Part shown: piece after piece, positions 58,201 through 64,000 of the stretch
Layout of the letters: each line of letters starts with the position of its first letter
How positions within the stretch are numbered: the stretch's first letter is position 1
IMG/VR virus record: IMGVR_UViG_3300042541_003180
Span: 1-64,000 of that record
From: a virus
Length of the DNA stretch: 64,000 nt
Direction: 5' to 3' (one strand)
Position numbers and translations under genes: made by a program
The notes under the pieces: generated by a model
Told to the model about the DNA's origin: nothing
What the model saw: the letters and a program-made list of their open reading frames with translations, nothing else
The model's database searches: none

Positions 58201-58344
58201 GACTTAACTTTACCATATAAAGATATTGAGCCGGTTGGACCATTTGAACCTATTATATTGAATACTATTCAACCAACTGTTCAACCTAAAAAGAATTTGA
58301 CTTTTAATCCTGGGTTAAATACTGTGGCAATTGAATCACCTTAA
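52297..58344 (+). CDS. very large baseplate/tail-associated protein with a beta-propeller and CBM-like motifs
   Basis: YncE-like repeats (Y.P....VY), W....Y..GD.V.Y.G..Y motifs, YIGSYKSIINAINFFGY baseplate-wedge-like motif; TAATATATA at 52267. Confidence 0.65.
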   Translation: MSSHENLYFFNKQGDALNFRYDDTTQLFQGDILFDENSNDTFKTFALYTLERIEAFDFESPGDLGTNKFQLFNEYGLHYYGCTNSSQQQITKIEPANNDPDFYSKWIYGQNFESKFPVGTLIVFNQNLLEFTNINQTFVVVGTKKNAILIISTVDNSTFESTYYNDYINNSLYSGKTISGIDAIGIYNYIDTNYVNNLSPWNEPNFYDKVYKGKKLNIINSKSNDGTYTIKGPEITDIMHFEYSLSQAVLPVDSDLIIEVVLGTDLPKLYDGGLNITGDNRILVNDYIHYPRLLRAGQEFKIVGSVLNENFLTVADIYDFESIYTTKHYELDDQIYFQGKLYQCILGYTHSYTDDATRYLTPNVDTTHWSNPTYIKVNETTTVEPLLFAQLYLTKEKYYYDYGYTQSASVTLASAAEKYKTDLSIFNVDLYYDKGYLKADLVYPSRYARVNFYHTSVDPLNTIGTEYRSFERLLQVNETLTPEFNYDYSENFKYNIVFTDLDEYGLKLIINKQVYEEEISYVYSGIGLDMPRTIDKTLRNWLTRNYLTLYKLGLDVELAYTYVPNLGLPINSLFYNSIVVRTEYPNVPVDISDVLVGTTANYFIEHSRVLFNDLGPSLNIKINNKDHIIQTSNFYVLNINANLLPLNSEVIGATAGTYSTIFSTGDTANISVGIDGKVSSIVLSSVGNIGYSIGSTFSLEFGGINGTSSILFEVGVNDLQIKADVPKTLQSWIDLYATDLLEYGFIVTNINSVLKFDVKQTDVAFDYTIKTGKVNLPGLSDYVITNKMRGNFGGLITSNEVILSATSSYSFEQEGFATGMVFSINNTFWPLMNVEYNIQYLDPLVLNLSYEGPFWDYNNTICDKSPFVTIAFNLGFGQTGCGAISSTGIGGQFNQYQFDDTQFNIVFYPNTYQISDYASTTNLVDIKYIQLSNTILSYGDNLVVHDSYTGTFLIEIELVGNVDSIKMEYNPVNNYVYCLSKNIVWIVDPSTNLLLTSFTLSYDAVDLQINPINGDVYITYSNLSQVHIFYSTTFNGVLDDYIVSTFGNTGKMAFSEFEQDMYVVTTNNVLRINGTNRTLLTSYSVPGAIDVIVYEPVNESIYVYGASNLYQIDNGSINSISVTTESFNDIIFNNLTGDMNISDSSNQIKRLSLDGTIVNDVNISNHGYMALNQYDGAIYISSQNTNSVIVVDSITNQLVYMNSLIAPTTKLCYNPDRKSIWVLQPSLNQLVEILVELKNEITTEPAVVEEVIVDNLYGTLHPSFKERDDMWLKTRDYFRRPRENFNTDYRVKYYWKWFSDNIPQFFMYDFSGEQLSQTTTGSYSYVGPTPLSTVVLNKKSNKDVTKVSLPEYQQTIFDKIEYPLSYIDDELDISTDVEPLQLFIGFRADNEGALRSLLQLYKKEDISLKINSNNYNQVYLETLDVNGPDKRGMISLGQYSTASFVDSGLKSGQHIVIYLKDNQNRRNQYISNNNGSIFKIRDVYTSQIIVDFFNITNDIIDTETSIIVDYPKSGETTYLDFTIEVIDKEIGRFFTYGQTEEEDIRFKIELGNVGKLIAPDDVFIFKQYDIEEGGIDWLYLNKKRKEMLMMKHLIYPYIGSYKSIINAINFFGYNDLQLNEYYRNIDPSAVNFTKLFKVEIPDIFDNTVEGWTENDFIKHTMPNDNFEETNLFNLTYFITDKEGNNILNYTLDEIIIKLQGLKYWLKKNIIPLTHKILDITGSAYFTGGTQIQHRLHDIRIVNIYDNMTPITFKLNEAYLMPVNSGSTVYNCVLDFYSIIPDVGADKTKTGLVVPPTPFNGKTLVLPDYFTVKIRTYKTYKEWAPFATYDLGDRVTYYGKLYESATSSNKVNSPREYETVTPWLSGDVYDLTSIVEYNRNIYVFTKNATASTITPYADNFNWNQINKWIEIDWSPVQTISEFRSGNNLLPFNFTLDSNIDPFVTVEVISDNGYGCVYNDKKNYEIRGLKDLTLPYKDIEPVGPFEPIILNTIQPTVQPKKNLTFNPGLNTVAIESP

Positions 58345-58349
58345 AAAAT

Positions 58350-58379
58350 AAAACCCTTAGATTTCTCTAAGGGTTTTTT
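58350..58379. terminator. bidirectional intrinsic terminator (reverse complement of the one at 45476)
   Basis: AAAACCCTTAGA-tttc-TCTAAGGGTTTT. Confidence 0.8.
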
Positions 58380-58380
58380 A

Positions 58381-59049
58381 TTACTTAACTTCTTCAAACT
58401 CAATTTCTGTTTGTATACTTTTAGGTTGTTCCATTGCAACATTATCATCAAAGCAAGCTACCCAGTCTTGAATGTCTGCTGCTAGATTTTTACCAATTGT
58501 ATCATAGTAATTAAAAACTTTACTAACTGCGCCAATTCTTTTAAGAATTTCAGAGAAAGTATAAGTATCTTTAGTTAATCCTTTAACTTTATGTTCTGCA
58601 ATTAAGTGATAGATATAAGTTATTTCTGTTGCATTAACTAGAAATGCAAATGAATCATTATCATTATTGAAAACTTTACTGTCTTCTCTCATTGTACCTA
58701 ATACTTCTGTTAGTTCAATTGCAATGAATACAGTGTTAATATCATATTCTAACTTACCTTGAATTAAATCACTTAAATATTTCCATTGTGCTCTATTTAA
58801 GTTAAAGTTATACTTTGTTGATTTTAGTGCATTCGTGTAATCTGCCCAAAGTTGTTGTGCATCTTTGTAAAGATTATCTTTTTCTAAATCACTTTTACCT
58901 TTACCATTATTATTTTTGGTGAAGTCTAATACTGCTTGATACTTAGTATCTAAGTTATTCTCAAAATCCTCTCCAATATTTCTATAGTCAATATCATTCT
59001 CCGTGAAAATAACACTTGGTTTAACTACATTTGTTTGTATATCTGACAT
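58381..59049 (-). CDS. hypothetical protein
   Basis: long clean ORF in a co-oriented run. Confidence 0.7.
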   Translation of the reverse strand: MSDIQTNVVKPSVIFTENDIDYRNIGEDFENNLDTKYQAVLDFTKNNNGKGKSDLEKDNLYKDAQQLWADYTNALKSTKYNFNLNRAQWKYLSDLIQGKLEYDINTVFIAIELTEVLGTMREDSKVFNNDNDSFAFLVNATEITYIYHLIAEHKVKGLTKDTYTFSEILKRIGAVSKVFNYYDTIGKNLAADIQDWVACFDDNVAMEQPKSIQTEIEFEEVK

Positions 59050-59065
59050 ATTTATTTAATTATTT

Positions 59066-59491
59066 TTATACGATAAAATCGTTATCTTGGTCTTCTTTTT
59101 GTTCAACAAAAAGTGCTTCAACTTGATTAGCTCTACTAACTTTTTCAACTCCGTATTTTACTACGATTGATGAGAATGTATTGAAGTCAGTTCCTACTAA
59201 TTTAATTTTACCACTTTCTAAATTCATGTTGATTTTATCAATTTCTTGTTCAATTAGAATGGTTCTTGATTCTTCATCAAACGCATCCATTAAATCTTCA
59301 TTGATAGTAACTTTTAAATCTTTTTTAAGAACAAATGCGTAATCATCTGCAATCTTAGCGATTTTAATAAGTTGTTTTTGTTTTTTTACTCCGATAAATT
59401 GAAAGTCAATTTGTACAGGAAATGTTTTTTTATTAAAAACATCAAAAAAATCATTTATTGTATCCTCCGATAGCTCATAAAAATTATCCAT
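59066..59491 (-). CDS. phage metallopeptidase-like protein lacking HExxH
   Basis: I.INE.....FD.....ILIEQEIDKI......K.....D...F...V.KYG pattern. Confidence 0.45.
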   Translation of the reverse strand: MDNFYELSEDTINDFFDVFNKKTFPVQIDFQFIGVKKQKQLIKIAKIADDYAFVLKKDLKVTINEDLMDAFDEESRTILIEQEIDKINMNLESGKIKLVGTDFNTFSSIVVKYGVEKVSRANQVEALFVEQKEDQDNDFIV

Positions 59492-59540
59492 ATTATATTT
59501 ATATTTTTATATTATAAAAAATAATGTGAAAAAGTTTTAC

Positions 59541-59969
59541 TTATCTGAATAAAAAATAGGTTATAGTACTTAGAAATAGTACACTTGGTATGACTTTATA
59601 ATAAAGATTATTATAAAGTTTAGGTGTCTCAATTAATGAGAAACCAATTACAATTAAATATGAGTATTTATCTACCTTTTTAATCTCATAAGTTCTAAAA
59701 AGTTCCATTAAACCTTTTGTATTTAATAGTTTTGATACTTCAAATATATATTCTCTGATATAAGTTTCTGATATTCTATCAATATCAGATTTTTTCAGTG
59801 AGTAAGCTTCACCAATTAATTCTTCAGGAACATTTAAAACAGTGTATAATCGTTGTGCATTATCAACTCTAATATTTAATGATCTTTCAAGTTCTAGTTT
59901 ATTTTGTTTAACTATTTTCTTATAATTTAAAAATAGTTTTAATTTTTTAAAAAATGATAATTTATTCAT
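59541..59969 (-). CDS. hypothetical protein with C-terminal TM segment
   Basis: VIPSVLFLSTITYFLF at the end. Confidence 0.65.
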   Translation of the reverse strand: MNKLSFFKKLKLFLNYKKIVKQNKLELERSLNIRVDNAQRLYTVLNVPEELIGEAYSLKKSDIDRISETYIREYIFEVSKLLNTKGLMELFRTYEIKKVDKYSYLIVIGFSLIETPKLYNNLYYKVIPSVLFLSTITYFLFR

Positions 59970-60002
59970 AAATAATTATATTATTTTTTTTATAATAAGT
60001 TG

Positions 60003-63000
60003 TTATTGACTTTTTTGATCTGCACTTGCAGTACTTCTACCTTTAGATTCAATATATTCGTCAACACCACTTGTTGATTGATCTATTTTAGATAAAAGTC
60101 CTATAATTACATCAAGTTGTTGATGAGTATCACCATATTTCGATTTAGGTTTAGCTGTTCCTCCTTTTGCTGCTACTACACCTTGTTTTTTATCACCAAC
60201 AGATGGTCTCTTAGTTTTCTCATTATCAACATCTAATAATTTACTAAACACACTTGCCTTATCTTCAAGTGTTTGCATCATATCTTCAAATGCATTTTGA
60301 TTCAGAGCTGCTAATACTGCCAAATTACCCGTTAATCTTCTTATTAGATTAACTTTGTCTCCATCAATACTTTTTAAAGCACCACCAAATTTTTTCAGAG
60401 AGGTTGCTAATTTATCATAAGCTCCCGCAATTTTAACCATTCCACGTGCTGCTTGAGAAATTGGATCCATACCAATTAATGATTTAACTCCACTTAACAT
60501 ACCCATTCCAGTTATACTATTAGCTAGATTAACATAATCTAATACATTTTTAGATACATTACTCATATAGTTAGGATCGATAGTCTTAGAAAAGTATTTA
60601 CTACCGGATGCCAATGTTTTTGCAACACCTACCATTGACAATGCAACTATATTAGTTTTTGCAATCTTTAATAATTTTGCACCGGATACTATTTCTACTA
60701 TGTCCACATATCCAGATATTGATGATTTTGTACCATCAATCCATTTTTTTGGTGGGTATGAGTTCCAAGTTGATTTACCAAGATCAAATATTGCCGCCAC
60801 TGCAACCATTGATGTTGCAATTATATTAATTTTAGCAATTTGATTTAACTTGGTATTAGATGTTATTTCTACTATGTCCACATATCCAGATATTGATGAT
60901 TTTGTACCATCAATCCATTTTTCTGGTGGATAAAAATCCCAAACTGCTTTATCTACAAGTGTAAATAATTGTGCTACTCCAACAATTGCAAGTGATATGG
61001 CACCTATTCCATAGACCATGTCATTAACTGCACTTTTATTAGACTTCCAAAAACCACTACCTTTCATAAATTCAAATACTGGTGCAAATGCTTGTAAAGA
61101 GGCACCAACATTTTCACCCCATTCTTTAGAAGGAACTTTTGTTAAATCAAACTTGGCTATGTTTGTACCAAATTTTTCAGCGGCCGCTATTATACCATCC
61201 GATATAGTAAGTATAGCACTCTTCATATCCTCTGCAGAAACATTTGCTCCAAAGAAACCTGTATCCATAAGTGCTGCATATACTGGTGAGAATGCACTAA
61301 TTGCAGTACCAACACCTTCTGCCCACTCTTTACTTGGTCCATTTTTGAATGCTACTTTTACTCCTGCAAAGTATGTTGCTGCATCTACAATACCTCTTGA
61401 TACTGTTCTTATTGCTTTGGCAAAATCTTCTGGTCCAACTCCTCCACCAAGTAAACTCATTATTTTATTTGCTGCTAACATTGCATATACTGGTGAAAAA
61501 GCACCTAATGCTAGTGCTATACCTTCTGCCCAAGCTTTGGTAGGTCCACCTGTATAATTACCTTTTCTTAAAATAAATGAAGTATCAACTATGGTTTGTG
61601 CTATTAGTAAAACAGCTTCACCACCTGCAATTAATGCAATCATTCCTAATCCAAGAGTTCCTAATATAAATGTACCAAGTCCTCCCATTGCCAACCCAAA
61701 TGCGGTCATACTTAATCCTACACTAAATGACCATTCATAAGATGGAAATTTGTCATACTTACCTAAACCAAGAATGTATGATGTTGCTACAATAGTAGCT
61801 GCCACTAACATTACTGCCACTGCACCAATTGCAAGTGCTGCTAACCCTAAACCACCTGTTTCCATTATTAAGGCACCTAATACTAAAGCTGCCCCACCAA
61901 ATGCAATCAATGATAATCCAACCCCAAGTGCCCACTTCCAACTAGGATATTTATCATACTTACCTAATGCTAATATATGTGAAGAAATTGCAATTGCGGC
62001 AGCAATCATAATAACTCCTATAATACCCAATGCTAAGTCTGCTATAGGCATTTTGCCCATAAGTATAACTGCGGGTGTCATTAATAATGTTACAATCGCT
62101 AAAGTTGCTCCAAGTAGAAGTATTTTAAGAATTAACATAAATGGTAGATCTGCTGTGCCTTGTAATATTATAGATGATAATGCTATTGCTGTGGCTAATG
62201 CAACTAATACTAATGGAATTAAATATATCTTACCTTTTCCTAGATATTTTTCAATTATTGTTATACCAATTGCCAAGTCAGTCATAAAATAAGACATTAA
62301 CGCAAAAACTAAAGCTATTCCTAATACAGTTAAAAACTGCCAAAATCCGATAGGTTGTACATATGATAATACCCAAGAAGATACAGTAATTGCAGCCGCT
62401 ATACCAACTAAAACTAATAACAGATCTGTTGCTTTAACACCGGTTCTTTTAAAAGCAATAACTCCTATTGCTATTTTATCCATATTAAACGCAATTACTG
62501 CAAACATAGCGGCTATTAGGATACCCGTTATGGCTTGTCCAAATGACATTGGTTTAATAAATGCAAGTATAAAGGACGATGCAGTAATTGCTAGTGCGAT
62601 ACCAACTAAAACTTTTACTAACTCGAATGTACTTATATTAAGACTTTGAAATAGCACTACTCCTAATGCGATTTTATGTAAACTATATGAAATTACTGCA
62701 AACATAGCGGCGATTAATATAGCAGTAATTGATTGTCCTAGTGTCATTGGTTTAATAAATGCCAGTATAAAGGAAGACGCAGTAATTGCTAGTGATATGG
62801 CAACTAAAGATTTTACTAACTGGAATGGACTAACATTTAGTTTTCCAAATATAATTGATGCGATGAATATATTCTCTAAGTAGTTTGAAAGTACTGCAAA
62901 CATTGCTGCAATTAATACCGCAGTTAATAGTTGTGTGAATCCAATTGGTTCTATAAATGCCATTATCCAAGAAGCCATTGTAACCGCAACTGCCATCATT

Positions 63001-63494
63001 ACAATAACTAATGATGCGTTAAATGCTTCTTTTATGGATAGATTTAGTTTTGCTATTTTTTCAAATGCAATTGCCATTAAGACTACGGCTAAACTTAGAC
63101 CAACTACTGATAAAAAGTCTATTTTACCAACTAGTTTGAATGCCAAACCAATCGCCAATACTGCAACAGCAATTAAAAGTATTGTGGTAACACCTTTTTT
63201 TATCTGCCCTTCTTTTTTTGGATCGTCAGATTCTTCAAATAGTCCAGTTTTTTTATCATTCTCTTTCTTCTTCTGCATTGAAAGAATGGTATTCTGTTGA
63301 GCAAGAATCTTTGTTGTATCTGATTTAATAGACTTTAAACTAACATTAATTTCAGTTAATTGTTTTGAGAAGTCACCACTTTGTAATGCGTTTGTAGTTG
63401 TAGTATTACTAGTACCCTTTTTATCAAGGGCTTGAGCAATCATTTCAAGTGATTGTGATAGATTATTTAAAGCATCTAATAACTGTTTGTCCAT
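60003..63494 (-). CDS. tape measure protein (start revised from 63530 to MDKQLL)
   Basis: over 1100 aa, Ala/Ile/Gly-rich amphipathic and hydrophobic repeats (AITASS.ILAFI.P), P...W repeats; TAATATATA upstream. Confidence 0.75.
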   Translation of the reverse strand: MDKQLLDALNNLSQSLEMIAQALDKKGTSNTTTTNALQSGDFSKQLTEINVSLKSIKSDTTKILAQQNTILSMQKKKENDKKTGLFEESDDPKKEGQIKKGVTTILLIAVAVLAIGLAFKLVGKIDFLSVVGLSLAVVLMAIAFEKIAKLNLSIKEAFNASLVIVMMAVAVTMASWIMAFIEPIGFTQLLTAVLIAAMFAVLSNYLENIFIASIIFGKLNVSPFQLVKSLVAISLAITASSFILAFIKPMTLGQSITAILIAAMFAVISYSLHKIALGVVLFQSLNISTFELVKVLVGIALAITASSFILAFIKPMSFGQAITGILIAAMFAVIAFNMDKIAIGVIAFKRTGVKATDLLLVLVGIAAAITVSSWVLSYVQPIGFWQFLTVLGIALVFALMSYFMTDLAIGITIIEKYLGKGKIYLIPLVLVALATAIALSSIILQGTADLPFMLILKILLLGATLAIVTLLMTPAVILMGKMPIADLALGIIGVIMIAAAIAISSHILALGKYDKYPSWKWALGVGLSLIAFGGAALVLGALIMETGGLGLAALAIGAVAVMLVAATIVATSYILGLGKYDKFPSYEWSFSVGLSMTAFGLAMGGLGTFILGTLGLGMIALIAGGEAVLLIAQTIVDTSFILRKGNYTGGPTKAWAEGIALALGAFSPVYAMLAANKIMSLLGGGVGPEDFAKAIRTVSRGIVDAATYFAGVKVAFKNGPSKEWAEGVGTAISAFSPVYAALMDTGFFGANVSAEDMKSAILTISDGIIAAAEKFGTNIAKFDLTKVPSKEWGENVGASLQAFAPVFEFMKGSGFWKSNKSAVNDMVYGIGAISLAIVGVAQLFTLVDKAVWDFYPPEKWIDGTKSSISGYVDIVEITSNTKLNQIAKINIIATSMVAVAAIFDLGKSTWNSYPPKKWIDGTKSSISGYVDIVEIVSGAKLLKIAKTNIVALSMVGVAKTLASGSKYFSKTIDPNYMSNVSKNVLDYVNLANSITGMGMLSGVKSLIGMDPISQAARGMVKIAGAYDKLATSLKKFGGALKSIDGDKVNLIRRLTGNLAVLAALNQNAFEDMMQTLEDKASVFSKLLDVDNEKTKRPSVGDKKQGVVAAKGGTAKPKSKYGDTHQQLDVIIGLLSKIDQSTSGVDEYIESKGRSTASADQKSQ
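60691..60921 (-). repeat. 57-bp exact direct repeat within the tape measure gene (60691..60747 and 60865..60921; period 174 nt = 58 aa)
   Basis: atttctactatgtccacatatccagatattgatgattttgtaccatcaatccatttt occurs twice. Confidence 0.85.
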
Positions 63495-63585
63495 AAAAGT
63501 ATATATTAAAAATCTTAATCCTTTTAACATTTTATCTATTTTTTACTATAATAAAAAATAATATATAACTTATAAAACAAATCGT

Positions 63586-64000
63586 ATGGAAATGGGACTA
63601 AAAAAGACTTTGAAGTACTATATTCTCGGTGAATCTCTAAAGGAAATTGAAGCCAATCGTATATTGGACAAAATTTCTAAAAAGAAGTCACTTTCTGATA
63701 GAGAAAAGAGGTTTTTGGAATTGTATAATCACAAAACTGAAGAAACTCCTAAAGACCATATGTATTTGTCTAAGAATACAACTTGTGAAAGAGTTAAAAC
63801 TTTAATTGATAGTGGTAAATCAGTAATTTGTGATTTACATGATAGAAATGGTAAAATTGGATTACAGATTGTAGATATAGATAATAAACATGCTGATGAT
63901 GATTGTACTATATTTATGAGAGGTAATGAAACATATAAATTGGAAGATAGATTTTTATACAATTTAATTTACAATCAAAAATCAAATAAGTATTCTCTTC
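63586..64000 (+). CDS. hypothetical protein truncated by the window end, with an N-proximal DUF6576-like motif
   Basis: MEMGLKK...EANRILDKISKKKSLSDREKRFLELY; open to 64000. Confidence 0.65.
   Translation, partial: MEMGLKKTLKYYILGESLKEIEANRILDKISKKKSLSDREKRFLELYNHKTEETPKDHMYLSKNTTCERVKTLIDSGKSVICDLHDRNGKIGLQIVDIDNKHADDDCTIFMRGNETYKLEDRFLYNLIYNQKSNKYSL

Noticed and set aside
831-63962. Many antisense or nested ORFs in the track (e.g. 831, 6416, 6779, 10700, 17942, 24914, 31449, 39854, 44487, 61018, 61750, 62935, 63729)
   Set aside because: They lie within or across better-supported genes, have antisense-type composition and no motifs or promoters.
1-64000. Stop-codon reassignment as seen in some large phages
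   Set aside because: Core genes are intact in the standard code, and TAG (3717, 25847) and TGA (8243) act as stops.
1-64000. CRISPR array, rRNA, IS element or integrase
   Set aside because: No regularly spaced repeats, rRNA-like segments or transposase/integrase motifs were seen; intergenic gaps are short.

Overview
This window is a 64 kb segment of a very AT-rich, T4-like (myovirus-type) jumbo bacteriophage genome in the standard genetic code. The host is most likely a Bacteroidota such as Flavobacterium: TAnnTTTG promoter elements precede operon starts, Shine-Dalgarno motifs are absent, and NusA, ClpP and ClpS are Bacteroidota-type. The left half (1-30 kb) is mainly accessory and metabolic: a GIY-YIG endonuclease, DHFR, a C5 DNA methyltransferase, tRNA(CAT), ClpP, ClpS, an M50 protease, NusA, two nucleotidyltransferases, HAD phosphatases and a topoisomerase II A subunit. 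The right half holds morphogenesis genes (terminase, sheath, tube, baseplate, tape measure) and an Mre11/gp47 nuclease. The most striking unexplained structure is a pair of peptide 'address tags' on otherwise unrelated proteins. About 20 ORFs begin with M(K/R)(Y/H/N)(L/I)Kx(F/Y)Ex(F) or a looser variant, often followed by an (I/L)xE site; this resembles the T4 capsid-targeting sequence, and these genes follow a TAATATATA late-type promoter. Thirteen small ORFs end in R(D/E/N)xK(L/I)xx(L/I)(L/G) and mostly sit in operons behind host-type TAnnTTTG promoters. No ORF carries both tags. A third promoter class (AAC-N16-18-TATAAT) precedes DNA-metabolism genes. Three paralogues end in symmetric CxxCxGxG zinc-hairpin rods of 14, 6 and 6 repeats. 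All family calls come from motif recognition by eye; no database searches were run.
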